A stretch of 64,000 nucleotides of DNA. It comes from an uncultured Solirubrobacterales bacterium (GTDB lineage Bacteria > Actinomycetota > Thermoleophilia > Solirubrobacterales > Solirubrobacteraceae). Position numbers and translations under genes: made by a program. The stretch covers positions 1,111,689 to 1,175,688 of the forward strand of contig CAVWQW010000005.1 of NCBI GenBank assembly GCA_963757275.1, given 5' to 3'. Shown here piece after piece: positions 51,849 to 61,562 of this stretch (its first letter is position 1; each line of letters begins with the position of its first letter). Below the pieces are notes generated by a model. That model saw nothing but the letters and a program-made list of their open reading frames with translations, was not told the DNA's origin and did no database searches.

Positions 51849-52786
51849 GTCGCCTCCCCCGCGAAACCCTCGCGCCAGGTCGGGTGGCCCGGGCGCCAGC
51901 CGAGCTCGCGCTTGGCCTTGGCGTTCGACGCGCCTCGCACCTCGGTCATCATCACCGCAGCGGCTTCGCCGGCCAGCATTCGGCCGAGCCAGAGCGGCAC
52001 CCTTCGCGGCCGCTTGCCGCCGAGCGTCGCCGCCACGGCCGGTAGCCAGTCGGCGACCGGGACCGGCTCGTCGTCGACGATGTTGTAGATCCCCCCTCGT
52101 CCCCGGGCGACTGCGTCCGCCGTCGCCTGGGCGGCATCCGCGACGTGCACGAACGACCAGACGCCGGTCCCGCCGCCGACGATCGGGAACTTCCGCCGCC
52201 TGATCAACCGCGCGTGCTCGCCGTCGGGGCCCATCGACGTCCCGGGCCCGTAGAAGCCCCCGTAGCGGAGCACGATGCCCTCGGTCCAGTCAGCCCCGGT
52301 CACGGCGTCCTCGAGATGGCGGATCGCCGCCAGCGTCTCCCGCATCCCGTCGGCGGGCGCCGGGTCGAGTGGATCCTCCTCCGTCTTGACCGGGCCGCCC
52401 GTTCGCGCGAACGGCCAGCCGGCGTAGCTCTGGGCGACGAAGCGTCGCACGCCGATCTCCCGGCCGGCGGCCAGCAGGTGATCGGTCGCCTCGGTGCGCA
52501 GCCGGTTGGTCGCGGCGAAGTCCCGGTCGAAATGGCGCATCTCGAGCGACCCCGAGAGAGCGGTCAGCTCGTGGACGATGACCTCTGGTCGCGCCTGCGA
52601 GACCGCGCGCCTGACGGCGTCGGGATCGAGCGCGTCAGCCACGATCGCCTTTGCCCCCAGGCCGCCGATCACCTCGACTTTGGCTCGGCTGCGAGTCATT
52701 CCCGTGACTTCGTCGCCCCGCTCGACCAGGAGCGGGACGAGCTGCCTTCCGAGCACGCCGGACGCGCCGGCAACCAGGACCTTCAT
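51845..52786 (-). CDS. NAD-dependent epimerase/dehydratase family protein
   Basis: MKVLVAGASGVLGRQLVPLL (Rossmann GxxGxxG). Overlaps the start of the sigma gene, a usual ECF41 partner type. Confidence 0.8.
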   Translation of the reverse strand: MKVLVAGASGVLGRQLVPLLVERGDEVTGMTRSRAKVEVIGGLGAKAIVADALDPDAVRRAVSQARPEVIVHELTALSGSLEMRHFDRDFAATNRLRTEATDHLLAAGREIGVRRFVAQSYAGWPFARTGGPVKTEEDPLDPAPADGMRETLAAIRHLEDAVTGADWTEGIVLRYGGFYGPGTSMGPDGEHARLIRRRKFPIVGGGTGVWSFVHVADAAQATADAVARGRGGIYNIVDDEPVPVADWLPAVAATLGGKRPRRVPLWLGRMLAGEAAAVMMTEVRGASNAKAKRELGWRPGHPTWREGFAGEAT

Positions 52787-52862
52787 CGGAGCTCCTCTCG
52801 TCGCTTACAACCCTATGACGAGACCGCCGGGGCGCCCGTGACAGCCGGGTTACGATCTGGGC

Positions 52863-53552
52863 GTGACCGAAGACCCGAACAAGCCGGTCCCCGACCTGCG
52901 GGCCTCGGACGCCGAGCGTGAGCGGGCAGTCGAGATCCTCGGCCGGGCGGCCGCCGACGGTCGGTTGAGCGTCGACGAGCTCGACGGGCGCCTGGCGTCG
53001 GCCTATGCGGCGCGGACCCGGCGCGAGTTGGCCGCGCTGACCGCCGACGTCAGCATCGGCCCCGCGATCGAAGGTCGACTATACGCCGGCACGGGCACCG
53101 GCACCGGGACCGGCGGGGTGATCGTTCGCGAGGGGCCGGGCGGGACGGGCTGGGTCGTGTCGATCCTCGGCGGGCACGATCGGCGTGGGCACTGGCGGAT
53201 CGCTCGGAAGGCCACGGTCCTGAACGTGATGGGCGGCAGCGACGTCGACCTCTGCCAGGTCGAGCTCTCTGGTCCGGAGACCCAGCTCAACGTCTACTCG
53301 CTGATGGGAGGCGCCGAGATCCGGGTGCCGGCCGGCGTCCGCGTCGAGGTGACGAAGTTCGCGGTGATGGGCGGTCACGACGTCGATCTCGGTGACGAGC
53401 GCCCGCCGGCCGACGCGCCGTTGATCCGGATCCGCCTGCTCACGCTGATGGGCGGGGTCAGCGTGCGGCGAGGGCCCAAGCAGACCCGTGCCGAGCGCCG
53501 GCAGGCCCGCGAGGTCCGCAAGGCCGGACGTCGCGACGAGCTCGACGCGTAG
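52863..53552 (+). CDS. DUF1707-type N-terminal domain protein with a LiaF-like C-terminal region
   Basis: LRASDAERERAVEILGRAAADGRLSVDELDGRL is the DUF1707 signature. The C-terminus has repeated MGG..V/I segments, as in cell-wall-stress LiaF-like tails. Confidence 0.7.
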   Translation: MTEDPNKPVPDLRASDAERERAVEILGRAAADGRLSVDELDGRLASAYAARTRRELAALTADVSIGPAIEGRLYAGTGTGTGTGGVIVREGPGGTGWVVSILGGHDRRGHWRIARKATVLNVMGGSDVDLCQVELSGPETQLNVYSLMGGAEIRVPAGVRVEVTKFAVMGGHDVDLGDERPPADAPLIRIRLLTLMGGVSVRRGPKQTRAERRQAREVRKAGRRDELDA

Positions 53553-53567
53553 ATCCGGCGCTGTGAG

Positions 53568-54143
53568 ATGACCGACGATCTCCCGATCATCGCCTTCGCC
53601 TCATGCGAGGGGTGGGACGCCTGGCTGGTCGACCATCACGAGACCTCGCCCGGGATCTGGCTGAAGATCGCCAAGGCGGCCTCGGGGATCGACAGCGTGA
53701 CCTACGCCGAGGCGGTCGAGGTCGCCCTCGCGTACGGGTGGATAGACGGGCAGAAGGGCAAGTTCGACGAGGCCTACTGGCTCCAGCGCTTCACTCCCCG
53801 CGGAGCCCGGAGCAGGTGGTCGATGATCAACCGCGACAAGGCGCTCCGGCTGATCGAGCGGGGCGCGATGAAGCCGGCCGGGCTGCTGGAGGTCGAGCGG
53901 GCGCGGGCCGACGGCCGGTGGGAGGCGGCCTACGAGTCGCCGCGGGCGGCGACGGTCCCCGACGACCTGCAGACCGCCCTCGACGCCAACGACGCGGCCC
54001 GGGAGTTCTTCGCGACCCTGTCGGGGGCCAACCGGTACGCGATTCTGTATCGGATCGCGGACGCCAAGCGGCCGCAGACGCGCGCCCGCCGGATCGAGAA
54101 GTACGTCGAGATGCTCGCCGAGCAGAGGACGCTCCATCCCTGA
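53568..54143 (+). CDS. YdeI/OmpD-associated family protein (full length)
   Basis: WLKIAKAASGIDSVTYAEAVEVALAYGWIDGQ ... RFTPRGARSRWS ... ANRYAILYRI..AKRP.TR..RI. Confidence 0.8.
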   Translation: MTDDLPIIAFASCEGWDAWLVDHHETSPGIWLKIAKAASGIDSVTYAEAVEVALAYGWIDGQKGKFDEAYWLQRFTPRGARSRWSMINRDKALRLIERGAMKPAGLLEVERARADGRWEAAYESPRAATVPDDLQTALDANDAAREFFATLSGANRYAILYRIADAKRPQTRARRIEKYVEMLAEQRTLHP

Positions 54144-54165
54144 GCGCGCCGGACCGGCTGTTGCG

Positions 54166-55044
54166 GTGCGGATCGGCTCTCGCGCGCTCGCGCGCCCCGA
54201 TCCCCGGGCGGGGGTCTTCGAGACGATCCTCGTACGCGACGGCCGTCCGGTCGGCGTCGAGCGCCACCTGGCCCGGCTCGGGGCGAGCGCTGCCGCGCTG
54301 TACGGGCGTCGCCTACCCACCGAGACAGCCGAGATCGTCGCTGCGGCTGGGCTCGACGTGCCCGACGGCCGGGCTCGCCTGCGGCTGACGGCCCGGCCGC
54401 GCGACGGGGGGCTCGAGCTCACGGCGAGGACGTCACCGATCTCCGATCGGCGGCCGGCGATCGCCCTGCGGACGGTGACGATCGCCGGTGGCTTGGGCCC
54501 CCACAAGTGGGCCGACCGTCGCCTGGTCGAGGCGCTCGAGCGGCGCGTCGCGCCCGCGCAGCCGGCGTTGTGCGACCTCGACGGCTCGCTGCTCGAGGGG
54601 TCGCGGTCGAACGTCTTCGTCGTCGACACCGACGGCCGGCTGAGCACACCGCCGGTCGACGGGCGCCTGCTCCCCGGCGTCACGCGGGCCGCGATCATCT
54701 CGATCGCCCGGCGGCTCGGGCTCGGCGTCGCGATCGAGGAGATCTCGCCGGCCCGCCTCCTGCGGGCGGCCGAGGTCTTCGTCAGCGGGTCGGTCCGCGG
54801 GGTCGAGCCGGTCGAGTCGTTGGACGGTCGACCGATCGGGCCGCCGGGTCCGGTCGGCCTGACGATCTCCGCGTGGCTTGATCGCGAACTGCCGGCCGAC
54901 CGACCGACCCTCCCCGCCGGTGCCCGCGCGAGGTCCGCTCAGGCCGGGACCGACTCGGCCAGCCCGGCGGCTTCGCGGAGCGCGTCGGCCTTGTTCGTCT
55001 GCTCCCAGGTGAAGTCGTCGTCGTCGCGGCCGAAGTGGCCGTAG
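54166..55044 (+). CDS. class IV (fold type IV) aminotransferase-like protein, possibly aminodeoxychorismate lyase
   Basis: [20 protein letters not shown] ... [10 protein letters not shown] ... [11 protein letters not shown] ... [14 protein letters not shown]. The last ~35 codons are antisense to the metK 3' end. Confidence 0.65.
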   Translation: MRIGSRALARPDPRAGVFETILVRDGRPVGVERHLARLGASAAALYGRRLPTETAEIVAAAGLDVPDGRARLRLTARPRDGGLELTARTSPISDRRPAIALRTVTIAGGLGPHKWADRRLVEALERRVAPAQPALCDLDGSLLEGSRSNVFVVDTDGRLSTPPVDGRLLPGVTRAAIISIARRLGLGVAIEEISPARLLRAAEVFVSGSVRGVEPVESLDGRPIGPPGPVGLTISAWLDRELPADRPTLPAGARARSAQAGTDSASPAASRSASALFVCSQVKSSSSRPKWP

Positions 55045-56171
55045 GCGGCGGTCTTCTGGTAGATCGGGCGGTGGAGGCGGAGCTCCTCGCGGAAGGCGCC
55101 CGGGCGCATGTCGAAGTGCTCGGAGACGAGGGCGGCGATCCGTCCGCGGCCGATCTTCTCGGTCCCGAAGGTCTCGACCATCAGGGAGACGGGGTGGGCG
55201 ACGCCGATCGCGTACGCGACCTGGAGCTCGCAGCGGTCGGCCAGGCCGGCGGCGACGATGTTCTTGGCGACCCAACGGGCGGCGTACGCGGCGGAGCGGT
55301 CGACCTTCGACGGATCCTTGCCGCTGAATGCGCCGCCCCCGTGGCGGGCCATCCCGCCGTAGGTGTCGACGATGATCTTGCGGCCGGTCAGCCCGCAGTC
55401 GCCGACGGGTCCGCCGATCACGAAACGGCCGGTCGGGTTGACGAGGAAGTCACGCCGGAGCGCGTTCGCGTCGTACATCCCGGCCGGCAGGACCGGCAGG
55501 ACGACGAGCTCCCAGAGGTCGTCGGTGATCTGCTTCTGGGTCGCCGAGTCGGCGTGCTGGGTCGAGATCAGGAGCTTCTCGATCGCGACCGGCCGGCCGT
55601 CGACATAGCGGACGGAGACCTGGGTCTTGCCGTCGGGGCGCAGGTAGTCGAGCGAGCCGTCGTGGCGGACGGCTGCGAGCTGCTTGGCGAGCTGATGGGC
55701 GATCGAGATCGGCACGGGCATCAGCGAGGCGGTCTCGTTGGTCGCGTAGCCGAACATCATTCCCTGGTCGCCGGCACCGGCGACATCGAGCTCGTCGTCG
55801 TCGGAGGCGTCGGTCCGCGTCTCGTAGGCCTGGTTGACGCCCTGGGCGATGTCGGGCGACTGCTTGTCGATCGCGTTGAGGACGGCGCACGAGTCGGCCG
55901 AGAAGCCGAGCTCGGCGTCGACGTAGCCGATCTTGCGGATCGTCTCCCTGGCGACCTGCTGGATGTCGACGTAGGTCTCGGTCGAGATCTCACCCGAGAC
56001 GACGACGAGGCCCGTGTTCACGAGTGTCTCGCAGGCGACCCGTCCGAGCGGATCCTCGGCCATCACGGCGTCGAGGACGCCGTCTGAGATCTGATCGGCG
56101 ACCTTGTCGGGGTGGCCTTCGGTCACGGACTCGGATGTGAACAGGTACTCGTTGTCAGACATCTGCGCCAT
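54939..56171 (-). CDS. metK: S-adenosylmethionine synthase
   Basis: [20 protein letters not shown] ... [12 protein letters not shown] ... [19 protein letters not shown]: canonical MetK motifs. Confidence 0.95.
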   Translation of the reverse strand: MAQMSDNEYLFTSESVTEGHPDKVADQISDGVLDAVMAEDPLGRVACETLVNTGLVVVSGEISTETYVDIQQVARETIRKIGYVDAELGFSADSCAVLNAIDKQSPDIAQGVNQAYETRTDASDDDELDVAGAGDQGMMFGYATNETASLMPVPISIAHQLAKQLAAVRHDGSLDYLRPDGKTQVSVRYVDGRPVAIEKLLISTQHADSATQKQITDDLWELVVLPVLPAGMYDANALRRDFLVNPTGRFVIGGPVGDCGLTGRKIIVDTYGGMARHGGGAFSGKDPSKVDRSAAYAARWVAKNIVAAGLADRCELQVAYAIGVAHPVSLMVETFGTEKIGRGRIAALVSEHFDMRPGAFREELRLHRPIYQKTAAYGHFGRDDDDFTWEQTNKADALREAAGLAESVPA

Positions 56172-56214
56172 ACGCGGGGTCCCTTGCTTTCTGGTGACGA
56201 ATTTGGTTGCCGGC

Positions 56215-56233
56215 GGCGACGCGGGGCGTCGCC
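56215..56233 (-). terminator. 8-bp GC hairpin between glyA and metK
   Basis: GGCGACGC-GGG-GCGTCGCC starts 3 nt after the glyA stop in a 65-nt spacer. No U-tract. Confidence 0.35.
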
Positions 56234-56236
56234 ACC

Positions 56237-57526
56237 TCAGACGGCGGCCGGCGTATCGAGATAGCCGTAGAGCGGGTAGCGCTCCGCGATCGCCGCGACC
56301 CGCTCGGCGAGGTCGGACTGGACTGCGTCGAAGTCGGGCTGGAGCGCCCGCGAGATGATCCGCCCGATCTCCTCGAAATCCTCGACCGTGAGCCCGCGCG
56401 TCGCCAGGGCGGGGGTTCCGATCCGCAGTCCGCTCGAGACCATCGGCGGGCGGGGGTCGAACGGGACGGCGTTGCGATTCACGGTGATCCCGATCTCGTG
56501 CAGGCGGTCCTCGCCGTCCTGGCCGGTCAGCTCGGACTCGCGGAGGTCGACGAGCACGAGATGGACGTCGGTCCCGCCGGTCAGGACGTCGACTCCGTGG
56601 CCGGTCTCCAGGAGCGCGGCGGCGAGCGCCTTGGCTCCGGCGACGGTCCGCTCCTGGCGCTCGCGGAACTGGTCGGTTGCGGCGATCCGCAGGGCGACGG
56701 CCTTGGCGGCGATCACGTGCTCGAGCGGACCGCCCTGCTGGCCGGGGAAGACGGCCGAGTCGATCTTCCTGGCGTGCTCCTCCCGGCAGATGATCATCCC
56801 GGCCCGGGGGCCGCCGATCGTCTTGTGGGTCGTCGACGTGACGACGTCGGCGTAGGGCACCGGGCTCGGGTGGACGCCGGCGGCGACAAGGCCGGCGAAG
56901 TGGGCCATGTCGACCATGAAGAGGGCGCCGACGAGGTCGGCGATCGCCCGGAACCGCTCGAAGTCCTGAATCCTCGGGTATGCCGACCAGCCGGCGAGCA
57001 GGAGCTTCGGCCGGCGCTCGACGGCGATCCGCTCGACTTCGTCCATGTCGATCAGGCAGGTCTCCGGTGAGACCTCGTACGGCGCGATGTCGTAGAGCCG
57101 CCCAGAGACGTTGCCCTTCATCCCGTGGGTCAGGTGGCCGCCGTGGGGCAGCGCGAGGCCCATGATCGTGTCGCCGGGCTTGAGCAGGGCGTGGTAGACG
57201 CAGGCGTTGGCCTGCGAGCCGCTGTGCGGCTGGACGTTGGCGTGGTCGCCGCCGAAGACCGCCTTCGCCCGTTCGATCGCCAGGCGTTCGATCACGTCGA
57301 CGTTCTCGCAGCCGCCGTAGTAGCGCCGGCCGGGATAGCCCTCGGCGTACTTGTTGGTGAGCACCGACCCCTGACACTCGAGGACCGCCCGCGGGACGAA
57401 GTTCTCAGACGCGATCATCTCGAGCGTCTGCTGCTGGCGGTGGATCTCGGCCTCGATCGCCTCGGCGATCTCCGGGTCGACTTCGGCGAGTGGACGCTCG
57501 AAATAGTCGGCGGGTAGGTCGGGCAT
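56237..57526 (-). CDS. glyA: serine hydroxymethyltransferase
   Basis: LEMIASENF ... [17 protein letters not shown] ... TTHKT.GGPR (PLP lysine) ... canonical GlyA motifs. Confidence 0.95.
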   Translation of the reverse strand: MPDLPADYFERPLAEVDPEIAEAIEAEIHRQQQTLEMIASENFVPRAVLECQGSVLTNKYAEGYPGRRYYGGCENVDVIERLAIERAKAVFGGDHANVQPHSGSQANACVYHALLKPGDTIMGLALPHGGHLTHGMKGNVSGRLYDIAPYEVSPETCLIDMDEVERIAVERRPKLLLAGWSAYPRIQDFERFRAIADLVGALFMVDMAHFAGLVAAGVHPSPVPYADVVTSTTHKTIGGPRAGMIICREEHARKIDSAVFPGQQGGPLEHVIAAKAVALRIAATDQFRERQERTVAGAKALAAALLETGHGVDVLTGGTDVHLVLVDLRESELTGQDGEDRLHEIGITVNRNAVPFDPRPPMVSSGLRIGTPALATRGLTVEDFEEIGRIISRALQPDFDAVQSDLAERVAAIAERYPLYGYLDTPAAV

Positions 57527-57596
57527 GGAGTCTTCCTGTCTTAGAAGGTCCGCGAACCGTAGCACCGCCCCCGCGAGCGTCGACTCGCGCGGCGCG

Positions 57597-59210
57597 TCAC
57601 CTGCGCGCGGTCAGGGTTTCGAGCAGCAGCTCGATCGTCCGCTCGAGCTGCTCGATCGTCGCGTCCTCGACGCGGGTGATGCCGACCGTGCGGTTGAGCC
57701 ACGTGTTGATCTCGGCGTGGGTGCGGCCGTCCCGCCGCCGGAGGTCCGAGACGAGCCGGTGGCGCTGGGCGCGCAGGCCGGCCCGGAGCTCGAAGGCCGC
57801 CGGCGGGGCGTCCGCGGGGTCGTCCGTCAACGCTCGCCGGGCTGCGGCAGCCGCCCGCGCGGCTGCGGCGCCGGCGGACGCCGCCGGGGGTTGCGGCGGC
57901 GCGCCGAACAGCGTCAGCTGGGGTGCGACGTCGGCGCTCAGGGCGACGAAGTCGGGGGTCGGTGAGCGCTCGGTCCGGCGGGGCTCGCGCGGCTCGTCGA
58001 AGATCCCCTCGTCGTCGTCGACGCGGCGGAGCGACTGGCGTAGCTCGCCCTCGACGGCGGACGCGTGGGCCCGGAGGATCGGGTCGGCCGGGAGGTAGAG
58101 CCAGCTGGCCTCGATCGGACGGCCGGTGATCGTCCGCACGAAGCGGCCGACGATCTGGCGGAAGATCAGCGGGGTCTTGGCGGCCGTCGCGTAGACGCCG
58201 ACCCGCAGGCGGGGGATGTCGACGCCCTCGGAGACCATGTTCACGGCGACGATCCACGGGTCGGTCGACGCGGTGAAGGCAGCCAGCTTGACGGCGGCGC
58301 GGGCCTCGGTGTGGAGGACGACGACCGGCGGACGCCCGGTCGTCTCGCGCATCAGCCTGCTGATCGCGATCGCGTGCGTCCGGTCGGCGGCGATCACGAG
58401 TCCCCCGGCATCCGGATGACCCCCGGCGCGCAGCTCGACCAGCTTTGCGTGGGCCTCCCGGAGGATCCGGGGGAGTCCGTCGGGAAGCTCGGTCGAGGTC
58501 GCCGTCCGGTAGCGGCGGCTGGCCTCGCGGGTCGTGAGGACAGTCTCGAACGACGACTCGATGACGTCGTCGCCGCTGCGCCACGAGAGCGTCCCGTCGT
58601 AGGTGATGAAGCCGACCCGCCGGCAGACGCCGTCGCGCACGGCCTCGGCGTAGGTGTAGGAGACGTCGGGGAGCGACGTCCCTTCCGCGTCGTAGCGGAC
58701 TCCGGGGATCGGGGTGGCGTCAGAGCGGAACGGCGTGCCCGAGAGCAGCAGCCAGCGGGGTGCGTTGCGGAAGACCGTCGCGAACGCGGTTCCCCACGCG
58801 AGCTCCTCGCCGAGGTGGTGGGCCTCGTCGGCGATCACCAGGGTCCGTGGCGTGATCCCGCGGGCCCAGGCGGCCGGGTTGCTGGCGAGGCGGGCGTAGG
58901 TGATGACGACACCGTCGAAGTCCCCGGGCGGCCGCGGGGACCCGGCGTCAGGGGCGAGGTGGACACCCAGCCGGCCGGCGGCCCGTGCCCACTGGCGGGT
59001 CAAGGGGGTCGTCGGACAGACGACGACGACCCGCGTCACCGTGCGGGCGGCGAGCAGGCGGCGGGCGAGCTCGATCGCCGGCCGGGTCTTCCCGGCGCCG
59101 GGGGCGGCGGAGATCAGGAACGGCCCGCCCTGCCAGCCCTCGAGCCGCTCGAGGGCGCTCACCTGCCACGCGCGGAGTGGGCTCTTGGGTGGGCTGGCGG
59201 CGCTCGGCAT
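57597..59210 (-). CDS. superfamily 2 DEAD/DEAH-box helicase (ResIII-like)
   Basis: Walker A APGAGKT, motif II DEAHH, LSGTPFR, and helicase C motifs ([22 protein letters not shown]). ATG at 59208-59210. Confidence 0.8.
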   Translation of the reverse strand: MPSAASPPKSPLRAWQVSALERLEGWQGGPFLISAAPGAGKTRPAIELARRLLAARTVTRVVVVCPTTPLTRQWARAAGRLGVHLAPDAGSPRPPGDFDGVVITYARLASNPAAWARGITPRTLVIADEAHHLGEELAWGTAFATVFRNAPRWLLLSGTPFRSDATPIPGVRYDAEGTSLPDVSYTYAEAVRDGVCRRVGFITYDGTLSWRSGDDVIESSFETVLTTREASRRYRTATSTELPDGLPRILREAHAKLVELRAGGHPDAGGLVIAADRTHAIAISRLMRETTGRPPVVVLHTEARAAVKLAAFTASTDPWIVAVNMVSEGVDIPRLRVGVYATAAKTPLIFRQIVGRFVRTITGRPIEASWLYLPADPILRAHASAVEGELRQSLRRVDDDEGIFDEPREPRRTERSPTPDFVALSADVAPQLTLFGAPPQPPAASAGAAAARAAAAARRALTDDPADAPPAAFELRAGLRAQRHRLVSDLRRRDGRTHAEINTWLNRTVGITRVEDATIEQLERTIELLLETLTARR

Positions 59211-59543
59211 GGTCGGCCATCGTGGGGGATGGATCGGACGGGATCGGCGGGTGACGCATGCAGACGTAGCGGTCTCTCCGACCGCGCCGGCCGCTCTTGC
59301 GGCGGCGAGGGCTCGGTATCCTGGGCCGATCGTCGGCTCCGCCACACCGGTTGGCGCCAACCCGCCGGACCTGCGCCGGAGCGCGGCGGATGGGTCCTCG
59401 CGATCGGTCTCCTAGTCGTCGGCGGCTGTCTGCTCGCGCTGATCCTGCTACACGACGCCGCCACCACCTTCGGGTCAACGGCTGATCCTGCTCGGTCCAC
59501 AAGCGCGCATCAACAGACGTGGTCGCCCCGATCGAGGCCTGTG

Positions 59544-60563
59544 TCACAGGGCTCTGAGCTTCGCCGCGAGCTTCCTGTGGATCGGAACGCCGAGCTCCCG
59601 CAGCGCCGCGATCACGTCCGGCCCGGTCTTGACCATCGGCCTCGCCCTGCGGAGCTCGTTGTCCTCGGTTTCGCTCAGTTCATCGTCGCTGAGCGTCTCC
59701 GCGTGGACCAATGTGACGGCCCCGATCTTCGAAGGAATCCACTCGTAGAGTGGCAGTGGCCGGTCGGCGTCCATGCGAACGGTGAGGCCGAAGCGGTGCG
59801 CGACATCGGCGGCGGAGACTTTGTAGGTTCCGGTCTCGATCGGAACCGTCACGGAGAGCTGGTCGTCGGGCGGCATCGACGCGAGCTTGTCGTGGATCGC
59901 CTTCTCCTTGCGTGCCCAGTCGTCCACGTTGACCTTGCGCGACATCGGTACGAGGTTGTCGTAGTGATCCGCCTTGTCCGACGCGGCATCCGCGCTGTCG
60001 AACTGTGCGTGCGGGATGATGTGACCACCCTCGAACGTCTCCCTGACTCCGCGACGGATGTAGAACTCGTCGTGCCCCATGGCACCCACGTTCGCGCTCG
60101 CCTGGCGCCGGGGCACCGGGTTGGTCACGCCCTGCGTGAGCGTCGCCTCGATCGCGACCGGCGACTCTCGAGTCCGCTTCAACGGGTTGATCAGCCGAGC
60201 GTCGACTCGCTGGTTGATCGTCGCAACGGATTCGTTGAAGCACTCCTCATTCGCCTCGAGCTCCTCCTTGAGGTCGGTGGCCGGGGGGTCCAGGAACTTC
60301 GTTCTCGCGTCGAACGACACCACGCTCCGCTGGAGCGCTGCTGTGTCGTGCGCTCGCGCGACCGCAGCTGCGACCGCGGCGTTGCCCGCCGTGCGTTGGA
60401 GCGCGAGCGTCGTGGCCGCCAACCCGGCGCGGTCACGTCTGGTCGGCCGCCTCGCGCCGGTCTCGGGCGAAGCGGTTCTCGAGCCGCGAGTTGCACGTGC
60501 GTGGTCCACTTCCGCTCCTCCGTCCCGCGTCGACTTTCGTGTCGAACAGGTTAGCGCCGGCAA
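59544..60563 (-). CDS. polymorphic-toxin-like protein with an LQRxAGNxAV leader motif and an HNH-like (H-N-N) nuclease motif
   Basis: N-terminal LALQRTAGNAAVAAAV is the leader commonly seen ahead of DUF4157-type toxin modules in Actinobacteria. Central GGHIIPHAQF-x14-DNLVPMSRKVN fits His-Me finger spacing. G+C is lower (38/60 at 59821-59880). The start codon is uncertain (TTG at 60563). Confidence 0.5.
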   Translation of the reverse strand: MPALTCSTRKSTRDGGAEVDHARATRGSRTASPETGARRPTRRDRAGLAATTLALQRTAGNAAVAAAVARAHDTAALQRSVVSFDARTKFLDPPATDLKEELEANEECFNESVATINQRVDARLINPLKRTRESPVAIEATLTQGVTNPVPRRQASANVGAMGHDEFYIRRGVRETFEGGHIIPHAQFDSADAASDKADHYDNLVPMSRKVNVDDWARKEKAIHDKLASMPPDDQLSVTVPIETGTYKVSAADVAHRFGLTVRMDADRPLPLYEWIPSKIGAVTLVHAETLSDDELSETEDNELRRARPMVKTGPDVIAALRELGVPIHRKLAAKLRAL

Positions 60564-60612
60564 GTCGCACTGTCACGTCTTTCGAGACTGGGTGCGACCC
60601 ACCGGCGAGGGG

Positions 60613-61410
60613 TCACCGCGCCGCGTTTGACACGTGGTCCAGCGCTCGCAGCAGGCCGGCGTTGAACTGACCCCCGGCCAGCCGGGCGACAAGGTGGTCG
60701 CCGGGGACTTCGAACATCCTGCACCCCAGCACTTCGGCCATCGCCCGCTGGCGGACCGGCGGGACGCTGAGGTCGTCGGCGGTCACGACGACCGCCGCCG
60801 GCATCCGCAGCTCGGCGAGCCACGGCCGGCTGTCGAAGCGCCCGAGCTCGCGGCCGGCCTCGGCGAGCGTCGCGGGGGCACAGCGCCCGAGCTCGCCGAT
60901 CAGCCAGCTGGCCGTCGGATCGTCGGCCAGGCCGTTGAGTCGCATCATCGTGGTCCAGAAGCCGAACGGCGCGAGCGAGACGACGACTCGCGCGAGCCCC
61001 ATGATCCGCCACAGCCGCTCGAACTCGCGCCCGCGCCACTCGGGCGTCGTCGCACACAGCACGAGTCCCCCGACGAGGTCCGGCCGGGCGCGCGCCAACA
61101 GCTGGGCGATCGGACCGCCCATCGAGTAGCCGACGGCGATCACCCGACCCACCCCGAGCGCGTCGATCACGGCGGCGGCGTCGAGCGCGCAGTCGACGAG
61201 GCGAAACGGCGTTGCCGGCCGGATCCCGCGTCCGTGGCCGCGGTGGTCGAGGGCGATCACGCGATACCCGGCGTCGATCACCGGCTGGTAGACGTGGATC
61301 CAGTTGACGTCGGCGGTGACCATCCAACCGTGGAGGAGCAGGACGACGGGTCCGGGCCCGCCGGAGTCGCGGAGGAAGAACTCGCCCCGCGAGGGGACGT
61401 TGACCGTCAC
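60613..61410 (-). CDS. alpha/beta hydrolase
   Basis: VVLLLHGW ... ALDHRGHG ... nucleophile elbow GYSMGG ... a late His in VPGDHL. GTG start at 61408-61410 is assumed. Confidence 0.75.
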   Translation of the reverse strand: MTVNVPSRGEFFLRDSGGPGPVVLLLHGWMVTADVNWIHVYQPVIDAGYRVIALDHRGHGRGIRPATPFRLVDCALDAAAVIDALGVGRVIAVGYSMGGPIAQLLARARPDLVGGLVLCATTPEWRGREFERLWRIMGLARVVVSLAPFGFWTTMMRLNGLADDPTASWLIGELGRCAPATLAEAGRELGRFDSRPWLAELRMPAAVVVTADDLSVPPVRQRAMAEVLGCRMFEVPGDHLVARLAGGQFNAGLLRALDHVSNAAR

Positions 61411-61562
61411 GCCGGGCGGCGGGTCGCGCGGTGGGTAGGCGACCCCGGCGGCGAGCGCCCGGCGGTGGCTCGGCGAGGGGATCAGCGCGCGGAGGAGGAG
61501 CCGGCCGAGCGGCGGGATCTCCGGTGCGTCGCCGCCGTGCTCGAAACCGCCGACAACTGCTC

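Noticed and set aside
56172-56236. A SAM riboswitch upstream of metK.
   Set aside because: The glyA-metK spacer is only 65 nt and holds a single 8-bp hairpin, too small for any SAM riboswitch class.
59385-59545. A hydrophobic peptide (WVLAIGLLVVGGCLLALILL...) on the + strand downstream of the toxin-like gene, considered as a possible immunity or membrane protein.
   Set aside because: There is no ATG or GTG start upstream in that frame. The frame is part of the 58065-60554 shadow ORF and has no stop before running antisense through the toxin gene.
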